A stretch of DNA of 64,000 nucleotides from Gemmatales bacterium (GCA_041640595.1 JBEPZY010000001.1:1120001-1184000); one strand, 5' to 3'. Positions 47,932-58,949 are shown, numbered from the stretch's first letter. The notes: a model not told the origin generated them from the letters alone. Translations and numbers: made by a program.

Positions 47932-50229
47932 TCATTTGCGGTTCTGCTGCAGGTGTAGCAAAGTCTGCTTGAGCTGTTCGATGGTGATCGGTTTGGCGAG
48001 GACATGGCAGATATTGGAAGACGGTGCTTTGCCGTGCTGTACTTGTTCGCCCCAACCAGTTAGCAGAATTACGGGAATGTCGGGATTATGCCGGCTTACT
48101 AGCTCGGCGACCTGCTGGCCGTTGAGTTTGGGCATGCCGAAATCCGTAATGACCAGGTCGTAATGCTTGCGTTCCAGTTGTGCCAACGCTTGCTCGGCAT
48201 CGGAAAAAGCATCGGGACTATGGCCCAGGTGCAGTAAACATTGCCGCAGAAAGGTGAGAACGTGCGGTTCATCATCCACCACCAGTACCCGCATCGTTTG
48301 CGAAACCGCAGGTACCGGCCGGAAAGCATCCCGGTTGGCTTGCACGGAAACCTCGCGGGGTAACGGCAGGCGAATCGTGAACGTGGAACCGCGTCCCGGT
48401 TCGGATTCCACCGTGATCTCGCCCCCATGACGCTTGATGATGGCGTAGGAAATACTCAGGCCCAGCCCTGTGCCACGCTCTTTCTTGGTGGTGAAAAACG
48501 GTTCGAACAGCCGTTGCCGAACTTCCGGCGACATGCCGAGCCCGGTGTCGCTGACACGAATGGTAACCGCCTGAGCATCGCTTGCCGTGGCAATGGTAAT
48601 TCGACCTCCCTGGGGCATCGCATCTACGGCATTGAAGATCAGATTGGTCAGCACCTCGCGCAGTTCGGTGGCGTTAGCGAGAACGGGATGCTGGGCCTGC
48701 AGATCGAGTTGCACTTCAATAGATTGACCACTGGCTCGAGCTGCGTTATGCCAGCGGGGTCGGGTTAACTCAACCACCTGACGAACCAGGTCGTTGACCA
48801 GCAACAGCTCCGCTGCTTGCAAGCCGCGATCCCAGCGCGTGAAATCCTGGACGCGCCGAACAGTAGAAGCGGCGTCCAGAGCGCAGGTATGCGCCATTCG
48901 CAGCACTTCGCCGATATGAGTCGGTAATTGTGGATCCTTGAGCGCCAGCTCCAGAAATCCAAGCGTGCCGCATAGCGCGTTGTTGAAATCATGGGCCATG
49001 CCACTGGCCATTTCACCCAGCGCACGCATTTTCTCGGCATTGACCAGTTGCTGCTGGAGCTTTTGCAACTGCTCATAGGCCTGTCTCAGTCGCTCGGTCA
49101 GCTGCAAGCTGTGAATCATGGGGCCGAGTAAATCGGCAACCGTGTGCGCCAGCTGAATCTGCACGCGCGTGAACCCCGCAGTCCGTGTCGAAAGCAAAAC
49201 CAAAACACCGACGGTTTCGCTACCAGCCAGTAAAGGCAGGGCGACACCAACAGCAAAGCCAAGTTTGCCCCAATTCTGCAACTCCGTCGAAGAGTGTGCG
49301 GATAAATTGTCCACGTAAAGAATTCGCCGCTCATTTACGACAGGTGCCAGGGCAGTATTCTCCAGGGCCAGCTCGGTCGGTAAACTTTGCCAGCGAAGCC
49401 AAAAGGAGTCCGAGCGTTTCTTCGAAGCCGAGGTCAGCAAATCGCCGCACGCAGCCAATTGCAAGCGCGCTGGGGGAGCGGTCTGAAGAGTCCAGATAGT
49501 AGCGAGGGTACCGGGAAGGTATCGGCTCAACTCGCGTAATGCGAATTGCAATGTACGCTGCAGGTCTTTCTGGCTCCCAGCATACTGAGCCACTTGCGTC
49601 AGCAACCGCACTTGCACGAACAGCTGGTTCTCATCGAGATCGGACGTTTCCTGCCAGAGTTTGGCCAGCCGGATCAAAATGGCGGCTTCCTTCGCGGTAA
49701 AGGCTGGCCGGCCAGGCAGACGCAATAAGCTGAAGACGAGGCGATCCTGCCGGCTCAGGTCGAGAGTAAATGCCAGCAACGAGCCCGGCAACGATACGCC
49801 CAATTCCGCGGCCGAACACGCCTTCCCGCTACCCGAGCCGATTTGCTGTTGGGCGATTCGCAGCACCAATTCCTGCCAATCAGGCCAATCATCCCAAGAA
49901 TAGGCAGCTCCGTCGTGGGAAAAGCAGCGGACCTGCTCCTGCACCCGGCCTTCGGAATTTGTGCTGGCCACTATCACCTGGTCACTCTCCGTAGCCAGGC
50001 ACATCAACTCCACCAGACAATCTGGCAGCGAAGCGCGTTCCGCGCAAAATCCCGGAACCTCGGGACTGGTGAGACATCTCCATACCGTTTTCTCTGAACC
50101 GCTGTTCGTAGAGCAGCACTGATTCAGCACCGACCGAGCCGAAGCGGTACACCCTTGCAGATTGGTGATAGCGGCTTCCTCGCCGTTACCCTGACACGAA
50201 TCTGTCGCCGTCAATTGTTCTCGCGTCAT
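47932..50229 (-). CDS. GAF-domain hybrid sensor histidine kinase/response regulator
   Basis: H-box GMAHDFNN; N-box NLIFNAVDAM; DTGLG, FEPFFTTK and GTGLGL boxes; receiver domain VVDDE..TDFGMP..KP. Confidence 0.92.
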   Translation of the reverse strand: MTREQLTATDSCQGNGEEAAITNLQGCTASARSVLNQCCSTNSGSEKTVWRCLTSPEVPGFCAERASLPDCLVELMCLATESDQVIVASTNSEGRVQEQVRCFSHDGAAYSWDDWPDWQELVLRIAQQQIGSGSGKACSAAELGVSLPGSLLAFTLDLSRQDRLVFSLLRLPGRPAFTAKEAAILIRLAKLWQETSDLDENQLFVQVRLLTQVAQYAGSQKDLQRTLQFALRELSRYLPGTLATIWTLQTAPPARLQLAACGDLLTSASKKRSDSFWLRWQSLPTELALENTALAPVVNERRILYVDNLSAHSSTELQNWGKLGFAVGVALPLLAGSETVGVLVLLSTRTAGFTRVQIQLAHTVADLLGPMIHSLQLTERLRQAYEQLQKLQQQLVNAEKMRALGEMASGMAHDFNNALCGTLGFLELALKDPQLPTHIGEVLRMAHTCALDAASTVRRVQDFTRWDRGLQAAELLLVNDLVRQVVELTRPRWHNAARASGQSIEVQLDLQAQHPVLANATELREVLTNLIFNAVDAMPQGGRITIATASDAQAVTIRVSDTGLGMSPEVRQRLFEPFFTTKKERGTGLGLSISYAIIKRHGGEITVESEPGRGSTFTIRLPLPREVSVQANRDAFRPVPAVSQTMRVLVVDDEPHVLTFLRQCLLHLGHSPDAFSDAEQALAQLERKHYDLVITDFGMPKLNGQQVAELVSRHNPDIPVILLTGWGEQVQHGKAPSSNICHVLAKPITIEQLKQTLLHLQQNRK

Positions 50230-50281
50230 CGCATCGCTTCCTTGAAATCGCCCTGCAAAGCCAGCGCCCGAATCTTTTGCA

Positions 50282-51517
50282 CTATATCTCACAGGCTTCA
50301 ACATCGGACTGGTTTACGGTTGGCTCGCCGGGTTCAGAAACGGTCAGAGTTTGACACACATGCTGGCAAAACGACTGTCCGACACCACCCGGTCGAATGG
50401 CCAGGAGTGCATCGCGTGCCGCCAGCAACGCCTGAACCACCTGCGGATCCCATTTGCTGCCGCTCTCAGCAAGCAGTCGCTTTTCGACTTCGCTGACACT
50501 TACCGGCGACCGATCCCAGTAGCCGGTGCTCCAGGCGTCGTAGGCATCGGCCACGGCAATAATGCGGGCCAGGATCGGAATTGCCTCGGACCGGAGTCCA
50601 TCGGGATAACCGCTACCATCGTAGTGTTCGTGATGATGCAAAACTGCCAGTGCGATCTGCCGCAACTTCGGCAAGTCTGCCAGGAAACTGTAGCCGATCT
50701 GCGTGTGTCGCCGAAACTGTTGCCAGTCCTGAGTGCTCCATGCCGTCGTCTTGTGGAAGAGGTACTCCGGTACGCCAATTTTGCCGATGTCGTGCAACAA
50801 CCCGGCCAGGTAAACTTCCCCCAGATCAATCTCCGGAAGCGAAAGTTGGCGGGCGATTTCGACGGCAATCCGCGCGGTGCGCTCGCTGTGACCCGCGCGA
50901 CGAGGGTCTTTGGCATCTACCGCTGCCGTCAATGATCGGGCGAATCCCAGCAGGAGCTGTTGCATTTCATGAGCCTGGCTCACGCTCTGGTCATAGAGAC
51001 GCACCAGGCTGGCAAACGGTGCCAGGAGAGCGGCATCGGTATGGCGGAAACCTTTTTCCGATCCCTTGTTCGCCGCCACCATCCAGCCCAGAGGTCGGGT
51101 ATCTGCCACGTAAATGGCCAAAAGCTGGCGGATTTGCGGAAATTCCCGGTGCCAGGCCGTCTCGGCCGCGTGATTACACAGATAGGTCGGCTCAGCTTTC
51201 CAGTCGTTTTCCCGAGAAATGAGCGCAATCAGGCGAGCGCAGCCCGCTTCCTTCAATAGATTGTTCCCGACTCCGCAGAAGGGCAGTTCCGATTCTCGCG
51301 GGAACCACAACAGAGCTTCGGCATGGATAATGGGAGCCACGCCGGTCAGAATCAACTGCAGGTAACGCCGGGACGGGCGCCCCAACCGCAGCCGTTGCAT
51401 TACCCCATCCACAGTCAGCAAAGCTTCCCAGGGTGTGAGGTCTGGATGCTGGAGAGCCTCGGACGATGGAAGAACGGTCGGTGCAGCCATCTCCAGTTGG
51501 TGTTCCGAAGAAGCCAT
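50282..51517 (-). CDS. HD-GYP domain cyclic-di-nucleotide phosphodiesterase with N-terminal GAF-like region
   Basis: AVDAKD, GHSER, HDIGK, HHHEHYDGSGYPDGL and IAVADAYDA motifs. Start uncertain (AGGAG RBS before ATG 51517; frame is open to 51697). Confidence 0.88.
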   Translation of the reverse strand: MASSEHQLEMAAPTVLPSSEALQHPDLTPWEALLTVDGVMQRLRLGRPSRRYLQLILTGVAPIIHAEALLWFPRESELPFCGVGNNLLKEAGCARLIALISRENDWKAEPTYLCNHAAETAWHREFPQIRQLLAIYVADTRPLGWMVAANKGSEKGFRHTDAALLAPFASLVRLYDQSVSQAHEMQQLLLGFARSLTAAVDAKDPRRAGHSERTARIAVEIARQLSLPEIDLGEVYLAGLLHDIGKIGVPEYLFHKTTAWSTQDWQQFRRHTQIGYSFLADLPKLRQIALAVLHHHEHYDGSGYPDGLRSEAIPILARIIAVADAYDAWSTGYWDRSPVSVSEVEKRLLAESGSKWDPQVVQALLAARDALLAIRPGGVGQSFCQHVCQTLTVSEPGEPTVNQSDVEACEI

Positions 51518-51754
51518 GCGCATCTCCTGAACGAGGCTGGCCGCGGTGCTCCAGTCCAGGAGCCACCCCGCAGTGGGACGCCGAGCAGGCACTGCCTCCT
51601 GCAGCCCGCCATTTGCTCGGTTCATATTCCAGGCCAGGACGAATTCGTTTTCCTGAACGCTCGTGCAAACATAGCTCATGGTTTTCACCCATGCCAAAGC
51701 CGGTACGCTTTTTCGTGCAGCAGATCATCTTTGCTCTGACGTAAACTGATTCGT

Positions 51755-52909
51755 ATGCCTCAATCCAAACACCAGAAGCTGCCTGCTCTCTATTTGCATA
51801 CCCTACCCGGTCTGGAAAAATTGGCGGCAGAGGAAGTGGAGCGTGTGCTAGGAGGCGAAATTAAACGCGTCGCCAAAGGGCTGGTCGTATTTCGCCTACC
51901 GCACCTGGACCGCTCGATTTTCCGATTGCGGCTGGCCGAGGATGTGTTTTTGTTACTCTGGGGCAGCGACCAACTCAGTTATCGCGCGAAGGACCTCGAA
52001 CTCATTGAGCGGTGGACGGCTCACGAACCGGACTGGGAAACAGCCTGGTTCTGGCATCACCAGCTGCGCCCTAAACCCAGAGGCAAGCCAACCTATCACC
52101 TGGTATGCCAGATGTTCGGCGAGCACGGTTACCGCCGCGTGGACGCTCTCGAAGCCCTGGTGAAGGGACTGCGCGGCAGAATCCCGGCCTCCTGGCGAGC
52201 GGTCGAGGAAGACGCAGCCGTGGAAATCTGGCTCACCATCCGCGGTAAAACTGCCGTTTGCGGTCTGCGCCTCTCCGACCGAACCATGCGGCATCGCGAT
52301 TACAAAGTCGAACACCTGCCCGCTTCGTTGAGACCGGTGGCAGCGGCGGCGCTGATCTGGTTGGCCCAACCGCAATCACACGAGGTGGTACTCGATCCCA
52401 TGTGCGGGGCTGGCACTATCCTGGCCGAGCGACTGGCTTTTGACCGCCACGGACTCATTCTCGGTGGTGATCGCGACTGGACAGCACTGCGAGCTGCTGC
52501 CGCGAACCTGCAATTCTTCGCCTCGCATATCTCCGACCGGGAACATCGGGACGAAGGCAACCAAACCTGGCCACTGGTACGCTGGGATGCTCGCCAGCTT
52601 CCGTTGCGCGATGTCAGTATCCCGGTAATCGCTTGCAATCCACCTTTCGGCAAGCAAATCGGCGCGGGCGAGGATGTCGGCTTGCTTTACCGCGAACTGG
52701 TGCCCGAATGGGACCGCGTGCTGCAACCTCATGGCCGTGTGGCAGTCGTCGTTGCCGACTGGCAGGCATTTGCTCGGCCCGCTCAAAACTGCCGCTGGCA
52801 ATGCCGCCGGAAGTTTTCCGTTCTCTTGCTGGGTCAGGAAGTCTGGCTGTCGCTCTGGGTCAAGCCAGGAGATTCGCACGGGGAAGCTCAGCGTGCCAGG
52901 CGAAACTGA
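51755..52909 (+). CDS. THUMP-domain class I SAM-dependent RNA methyltransferase (RlmL/Trm14-like)
   Basis: PGLE..A.EE, HLPASLRP, LDPMCGAGTI and CNPPFG motifs. Confidence 0.85.
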   Translation: MPQSKHQKLPALYLHTLPGLEKLAAEEVERVLGGEIKRVAKGLVVFRLPHLDRSIFRLRLAEDVFLLLWGSDQLSYRAKDLELIERWTAHEPDWETAWFWHHQLRPKPRGKPTYHLVCQMFGEHGYRRVDALEALVKGLRGRIPASWRAVEEDAAVEIWLTIRGKTAVCGLRLSDRTMRHRDYKVEHLPASLRPVAAAALIWLAQPQSHEVVLDPMCGAGTILAERLAFDRHGLILGGDRDWTALRAAAANLQFFASHISDREHRDEGNQTWPLVRWDARQLPLRDVSIPVIACNPPFGKQIGAGEDVGLLYRELVPEWDRVLQPHGRVAVVVADWQAFARPAQNCRWQCRRKFSVLLLGQEVWLSLWVKPGDSHGEAQRARRN

Positions 52910-52933
52910 GACTGGCCAGTCGGCAGACACATC

Positions 52934-55900
52934 TCAACGTAACTCCCAGCGCTGCGGAGAAACCAGCAACCGTGTTTTCCCTTTATGCTGATCGTAAACG
53001 CGATGCATCTCTTCCAGGGAATCAAACCAGCCGACAATATAGGCCGCTCCGAAAGTTTCCCCGGCTTTCACAGGTCGGCCATGCAGCTCCTGAATCATGC
53101 AAATGTAACCGCGACGATGACACCAGGCCTCATACACCACCGATGGTTCCAAGGTCATCCCCGCTAACCACGGGCCCGGTTTTTCTCCGGAGCGAACCTG
53201 ATATGCACGAATAAAGCGCTCCGGAATTTTCTCGCCGTGCCGTTGATAAAGAAATTTCTCGTCCGGGCCGAAATTTTCTGCAAACTCTTTCGCCGGAATC
53301 AGACCCCGGTAGCTCAGGTACACCTGCAGCCAATCCGGCTGGCCCGACTGAGGCATTCGGATATGGCCAGGCATGTCGATTCGGTAAAACACGTTGGGCA
53401 ATGTGTTGGCACTGACGATCTCTTCCGCGGAATAAAAATACCGCTGGCCGGGCACGAACACGAGCGTTTGCGTCCACTGGGAGCCGGCCCGGTAACCAGC
53501 GCCGGGTTGCGTGAAGGTGAAACGAAGCCGTACCGCCACGAAATCCGCCCCGCGAATGATCTCCGGCTGAAGTTGCCTCGCCTGCGTGCAGATTTGTGGC
53601 CCTTCCACATAGTGCTTGGCGAGCCGGCCATGAATTTTCGGATCGCGTGGGTAACCATCCTCCCGCCAGCCTGGTGCCAGCAGGAAGTCCATAATGTGCA
53701 GGCCAAACCCTAAATCGCGAGCTCCCGTCTTTTTGTCCAGAAAACTACCTCCCGCCACGCCGCTCACATAGCCCTTTTTGTTGATGCGGGCCTGGAGACA
53801 ATCGGTGTCAATCACAATGTGGTCTTCCCGATCCTCGATGCGAATGGCCAGCGGCTTGTCATCGCCCGCGGGCAGGCTGACGTAACGCCAGTTCTTCAAA
53901 AACGCGAGCAAATCCGCCATCTGCTCAATCGTGATCTCTTTTTCCAACCCCTCCGGCATCAAGGAAAGCCCCGTAGATTGAATCTCCTCAATTTCCGAAC
54001 GGAGCACCGTGTCGGTTTGGTTTTCCGCGCGTTTGAGCGTAATACTGGTAGGCGATTCCGCCGCGATGATGCCGGTCAATGTTCGCCCACTCCTGGTGGT
54101 GACCACGTACTGAACGTAGTTGCCATCAATAGCCGCGTTAGGAAGCAGGATGTCATGGAGTAATTGCTCCGGCGATTTGGTGCGCAGGTCGGAGATGTCC
54201 GGGCCGACATTGGTGCCAATCCCTGCGACTCGGTGGCAGCTGGCACAGTGTTTTTGAAAAACGGCGCGGCCTCGTGCAACGTCGCCGGGTCGGGCCAGCG
54301 CTGCTCGATACGTCTGCAAAACCTGCCAGCGCTCGCGGGGTGTGCTGGCCGAGAGCACCTGGCTGGCGCGTTTGCGAATTGTCTCATCGCGGTGTTGCAG
54401 AAGTTGCCGCACACGAACCGGGTCCAGCTCGCCAGGTTTGATTCGGCCTTGTTCCACGGCTTCCAGCACCGCCAAGGTGCGATCGCGGTTTTGCAACAAC
54501 GCTTCGAGTAATTCCCTTCGCAACATCGGCGTGGCTCCGGGCCAGAGGCTCAGTAATGCCGTGGTAACTTCTGTTCCGGGATGCTGGGCCAAACCGCGCA
54601 CCGCACCCAGGCGGATTTGCGGATCGCGATCTTCCATCGCCAGTTGCTGCAAAATCGCCGTATTTCGCTTATCCGGCAACTGCGCCAGCAGGTGGATCGC
54701 TTGCAGGCGTTCAGCGCTCGACGCCTCGCTGCTGGCGGCTCTGGCTTGCGCTTGCTGGATGTAGTGATCCAGCCAGGAGGCCAGCTGAGGTTCCTGGCTG
54801 TGCAGGTGAGCCACCCATTGTGCGAGCCGATTGCCTCGTCGGCGCATACCATCGGCAAGTCCGAGCAATATAGCCTGCGCTTCCGCATCGCCCCGACGTT
54901 GCTGCGTCAGGGGTCGAATCGCCTCCGTAATCCGTCGTAAATCCGAACTCGCCCCTATGACGGCGGCCGCTTCTCGCAACAGCTCTCGCCGACCAGCTGG
55001 CGAAGCAGCAGGCTGGCGGGCATTCCACCATTGCACCAGTAAATGGTCCAGACCGTCCCCGGCCGCAATCAGCACCGCTAACCGCACCCAGGAATCATCA
55101 CAAAAGGCTATACCCATCCGGCTGAGGATGGACAACCGATCTGATTTCGGAAATGACGCGAGTGTCAGAACCGTTTGCAGAAGCAGGCGTCCTTTCCTCT
55201 CCTCCTGGGAAAGAGCATCCCCGGCGCTACCTTTGCTTTGAATAGGCTCGTCGCTCGTTCGCAGGAATTGACGTGCCAGGTCCAAAACAGCCTGGCGGAT
55301 TTCCGGTTTCTCCAGGTGAGCTTCGCTAATTTTTACCGCCTGCTGCCGCACCCCCACATGGGCATCGGTGAGCGCTGCCTTCAGCGTGGCGGAGTCCAGT
55401 TGACCGGAATGTTCCAGCAACCATAGCGCCAGGACTCGCGCTTGCGGCGACGGCGAGGTTCTCACAAGCCGTTGCAATTCCGATTTCAACTGCTCCTCGA
55501 CTGGCACAGCTTGCAAAAGCAACCGAAACGCCGTTTGCCGATGCCAGCCATTGCGATGTTCCAGCAACTTGACCCAATCCTTCGGATCGCGGCCACCCAG
55601 ACCATCCACGGGTCGGCGATTCGGCCGGTTTGTCCTTGACGTGATTCTCCAGATCCGCCCCTTCTCTTTGCCCCACAGAAGGTCTGGCCGCTTGCGCAAT
55701 TCGGGTGGCATGTATTCGGGATGTTCGATTACGGCCCGATACATGTCCACGACGTAAAGCGCTCCATCGGGACCTTCGGTCAAAAAAACCGGCCGAAACC
55801 AGTCGTCGGACGAAGCCAGGAATTCTTTGCCGTCGTACATCGGTTTAGCGCTCAACGTTGCCCCATTGGGGTAAAGCCTCTCAGCATGCACGAGATTTCC

Positions 55901-56977
55901 GGGCGGCTCGCATGTCAACACGACACCAGCGTATTCTGCGGGTAAAGCATCGCCGGTATATACGTGAATCCCACAGGCAGCACTGAAGTGTCCCGCGTGC
56001 AAAGAAGAAGTCGTGAAATTGCGGCTGATCGGGTAAACACGTCCACCAGCACCCGCCGGATTTTCCTGCTGATCCAGAACGGAAATGTCCAGCAGCAACG
56101 ATGGCGGCACCAGGTTCGGTTGATGCCGTAAATAGCGTTGCTCGAAGACCACCAGACGCAGATGGTGGCGGTTGTCGCAGACGAATCGTTCGCCCCAGTC
56201 GTCAAAGGTGAGTCCATACTGGCCCGGTCCCGTCAAAGCTTCGTAACGTTCCGGTTTGCGTGGGTCGAACCGGAAATCCATGTTGTTCAACGAAACCGCA
56301 GGCCCAACGGGGCGACCCTGCTGGTCGAGTCGCACCGCCTGGCCGCCTCGCAGACCGTTGGCGCAGTAAATCCAACCATCCATTCCCAGAGTGGGAAAAC
56401 TCAGGCGTAGCTGTGGATTTTCCGCCGCGAATCCCCGATACCAAACCTCGCGTCGCTCGGCCCGGCCAGCTCCTTGCGTATCTGCCAGATACAGTAATTC
56501 CGGAGCCTGGGTTACGAACACACCCTGTTTCCATAACTGCAAACCATTCGCAAAAAGCAGCCTGTCGGCAAAGACGCTGGCCGTCTCGTAGATGCCATCT
56601 CCATCGCGATCGGTGAGTATCTTGATGCGGCCTTCCGGTGGCTGTCCCGGAGGCGGGCCGTTAGGATAATCGGGCATTTCCACGACCCAAATCCGGCCGT
56701 GTTCGTCGAACGCCATCGCCACCGGGCTCTGGATAGTGGGTTCACTGGCCACCAGTTCGATTGTCAAACGATTGTCGGCGAGTTGAAAAAGCTTGAGCGC
56801 CTGTTCCGGCGAATACGGACCATTTTGTGCCGGCAGAGGTACCTGGTTGGTACTGGCCTCGGTATTGCCTGGTGGTGCTTGGCGCTGAGCTAAACTACCC
56901 GTCATCCAGAACCCTGTTATCCCTGTGCTAAGAGCTAGCAAAATCGCCCCAAACCACCGCGCAGCTTTACCGGTCAT
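52934..56977 (-). CDS. PVC-type heme-binding CxxCH protein with an extra ~300-aa C-terminal domain
   Basis: Signal peptide after GGAGG; ELVASEP, WFRPV..GPDGALYVVDMYR, CASCH and SLMPEGLE motifs; the ORF continues past the cytochrome domain. Confidence 0.88.
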   Translation of the reverse strand: MTGKAARWFGAILLALSTGITGFWMTGSLAQRQAPPGNTEASTNQVPLPAQNGPYSPEQALKLFQLADNRLTIELVASEPTIQSPVAMAFDEHGRIWVVEMPDYPNGPPPGQPPEGRIKILTDRDGDGIYETASVFADRLLFANGLQLWKQGVFVTQAPELLYLADTQGAGRAERREVWYRGFAAENPQLRLSFPTLGMDGWIYCANGLRGGQAVRLDQQGRPVGPAVSLNNMDFRFDPRKPERYEALTGPGQYGLTFDDWGERFVCDNRHHLRLVVFEQRYLRHQPNLVPPSLLLDISVLDQQENPAGAGGRVYPISRNFTTSSLHAGHFSAACGIHVYTGDALPAEYAGVVLTCEPPGNLVHAERLYPNGATLSAKPMYDGKEFLASSDDWFRPVFLTEGPDGALYVVDMYRAVIEHPEYMPPELRKRPDLLWGKEKGRIWRITSRTNRPNRRPVDGLGGRDPKDWVKLLEHRNGWHRQTAFRLLLQAVPVEEQLKSELQRLVRTSPSPQARVLALWLLEHSGQLDSATLKAALTDAHVGVRQQAVKISEAHLEKPEIRQAVLDLARQFLRTSDEPIQSKGSAGDALSQEERKGRLLLQTVLTLASFPKSDRLSILSRMGIAFCDDSWVRLAVLIAAGDGLDHLLVQWWNARQPAASPAGRRELLREAAAVIGASSDLRRITEAIRPLTQQRRGDAEAQAILLGLADGMRRRGNRLAQWVAHLHSQEPQLASWLDHYIQQAQARAASSEASSAERLQAIHLLAQLPDKRNTAILQQLAMEDRDPQIRLGAVRGLAQHPGTEVTTALLSLWPGATPMLRRELLEALLQNRDRTLAVLEAVEQGRIKPGELDPVRVRQLLQHRDETIRKRASQVLSASTPRERWQVLQTYRAALARPGDVARGRAVFQKHCASCHRVAGIGTNVGPDISDLRTKSPEQLLHDILLPNAAIDGNYVQYVVTTRSGRTLTGIIAAESPTSITLKRAENQTDTVLRSEIEEIQSTGLSLMPEGLEKEITIEQMADLLAFLKNWRYVSLPAGDDKPLAIRIEDREDHIVIDTDCLQARINKKGYVSGVAGGSFLDKKTGARDLGFGLHIMDFLLAPGWREDGYPRDPKIHGRLAKHYVEGPQICTQARQLQPEIIRGADFVAVRLRFTFTQPGAGYRAGSQWTQTLVFVPGQRYFYSAEEIVSANTLPNVFYRIDMPGHIRMPQSGQPDWLQVYLSYRGLIPAKEFAENFGPDEKFLYQRHGEKIPERFIRAYQVRSGEKPGPWLAGMTLEPSVVYEAWCHRRGYICMIQELHGRPVKAGETFGAAYIVGWFDSLEEMHRVYDQHKGKTRLLVSPQRWELR

Positions 56978-57208
56978 TGATTCGCCTCCATATAGTTGCC
57001 ACCTCACTGCTTAGGTTATGCGCCGTCAACGCTTCTCCAATCCCGCTGCGGCCGGCCAGTATCCTTGATGCCGAAAATTGATTCGGGTCAACACAGAAAT
57101 TTGTCACCCAACCGTTGCATATTCGCAGCCTGCGCCATAAACCAATAATCGCACGCAAACCGAACTGCCTGTGATTCCGCCAATGCACTCAAGAACAGGA
57201 GGCCTTCC

Positions 57209-58207
57209 ATGCGAACGCTGCTCAGTTGCGTAACCGTAGTAGCGCTGTGCGGCTGGCTCAGCTTGGCTGCCCAACAGCAACCAGCCCAGGTCAAAGTGGC
57301 TACCGACCCGGCTCAAGCTGGCCCGGACTTTCCGTTTCAGGGCGAATATGTCGGTGAAACCGCCAGCAAGCAACGCCTCGGTGCCGAAGTGATCGCCCTT
57401 GGCGACGGTAAGTTCCGCGTCAATTTCCTTCCCGGTGGCTTGCGCGGCGAAGGTGGAAACTACGAGAAGCGCGTCGAGGCCAGTGCCCAGCGCGACGGAG
57501 ATAAGGTGAAAATCGCCAGTAAGGACGGTAAATGGTCCGCCACTATCGAAAATGGCCGCATGTCCGGTACCACTGCTGACGGTAGCCGCTTCGAGTTGAA
57601 ACGAGTCATCCGCGAGAGCAAAACCCTTGGCCAGAAACCACCGGCAGGTGCCGTGGTGCTCTTCGATGGTTCCAATGCGGAAAACTGGGAACCGAAGAGC
57701 CGGGTTCAAGTCGTGGATGGCGCCCTGGTTGGCAACGACATCGCCAGCAAGCAAAAATTCCGCGACCACAAAGTTCACCTGGAGTTTCGCCTGACTTTCA
57801 TGCCTTATGCTAGCGGTCAGGGACGCAGCAACAGCGGTGTTTATATCCAGCATCGCTACGAAATACAGGTGCTCGATAGCTTCGGTTTGCGCGGCGCGAA
57901 TAACGAATGCGGCGGAATTTATGGTCAATACGCTCCCCTTATCAATATGTGCTATCCACCGTTGCAGTGGCAGACTTATGACGTCGAGTTTAAGGCAGCC
58001 CGTTTCGACAGCACCGGTAAAAAAATTGCCAACGCCGTCATGAGCGTCTGGCACAATGGCGTGCTCATCCATGATAAAATCCAGCTCAAGGGACCGACTG
58101 GTGGCGGTCAACCCGAGACGGATACACCCGGCCCTCTTTTCTTGCAGGGGCACGGTGGCCAGGTCCGCTATCGCAATATCTGGGTGGTCGAGACTAAGTC
58201 CGACTAA
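57209..58207 (+). CDS. DUF1080 (3-keto-disaccharide hydrolase-like) secreted protein
   Basis: AGGAGG RBS; signal peptide; LFDG, GRSNSGVY, YEIQVLDS, WQTYD and LQGHG..VRYRNIW motifs. Confidence 0.9.
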   Translation: MRTLLSCVTVVALCGWLSLAAQQQPAQVKVATDPAQAGPDFPFQGEYVGETASKQRLGAEVIALGDGKFRVNFLPGGLRGEGGNYEKRVEASAQRDGDKVKIASKDGKWSATIENGRMSGTTADGSRFELKRVIRESKTLGQKPPAGAVVLFDGSNAENWEPKSRVQVVDGALVGNDIASKQKFRDHKVHLEFRLTFMPYASGQGRSNSGVYIQHRYEIQVLDSFGLRGANNECGGIYGQYAPLINMCYPPLQWQTYDVEFKAARFDSTGKKIANAVMSVWHNGVLIHDKIQLKGPTGGGQPETDTPGPLFLQGHGGQVRYRNIWVVETKSD

Positions 58208-58226
58208 CAGCTAACTCCTAAACTCA

Positions 58227-58940
58227 ATGCCGGACATACCCATCCTCCGAGTCCTGCATGTTTATAAGTATTACATCCGCGGCGAGGAGCGGATAGAGGT
58301 TCTGCAGGACTTATGCTTAGAGGTCCCGTCAGGCGAGTTTATCGCCATTATGGGGCCGAGTGGCTCTGGTAAAACCACTTTGCTTAATCTAATCGCCGGT
58401 TTAGATCGCCCCAGTGAAGGCGAGGTCTGGGTCGGACAGCGCCTTATCTCCGCCATGTCGGAATCTGAACTTACCCGCTGGCGCACTCGCAACATTGGTT
58501 TTATTTTCCAGTTCTATCACCTCATTCCAGTTCTAACTGCCTACGAAAATGTTGAGTTGCCGCTGTTGCTGTTGCCGCTCAGCGCTGCCGAAAGGCGAGA
58601 GCGCGTGGAATTAGTCTTAGAACTGGTCGGACTGGCCGATCGCATGCGCCACCGTCCTGGTCAGCTTTCCGGTGGACAGCAACAGCGCGTCGGGATTGCT
58701 CGCGCAATCGTTACCGACCCGACCCTGATCGTTGCCGACGAACCAACCGGTGATCTCGATGCACGTTCCGCTCGGGAAATTCTCGACCTCATGCAGGAAT
58801 TGCATCAAACGTTAGGAAAAACCATTATCCTGGTCACTCACGATCCCCGGGCCGCCGAACGGGCCCAGAGAATTGTCCACCTGGAAAAAGGTCGGCTTGT
58901 CGCTGTCGAAAAACACGACGCCCTTTCCAGCCGATTCTAA
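58227..58940 (+). CDS. ABC transporter ATP-binding protein (LolD/MacB-like)
   Basis: [36 protein letters not shown] and VTHD motifs. Confidence 0.92.
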   Translation: MPDIPILRVLHVYKYYIRGEERIEVLQDLCLEVPSGEFIAIMGPSGSGKTTLLNLIAGLDRPSEGEVWVGQRLISAMSESELTRWRTRNIGFIFQFYHLIPVLTAYENVELPLLLLPLSAAERRERVELVLELVGLADRMRHRPGQLSGGQQQRVGIARAIVTDPTLIVADEPTGDLDARSAREILDLMQELHQTLGKTIILVTHDPRAAERAQRIVHLEKGRLVAVEKHDALSSRF

Positions 58941-58949
58941 ATCCTAACC

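Noticed and set aside
57104..58153. 349-aa minus-strand ORF
   Set aside because: Antisense shadow of the DUF1080 gene, with no recognisable motifs.
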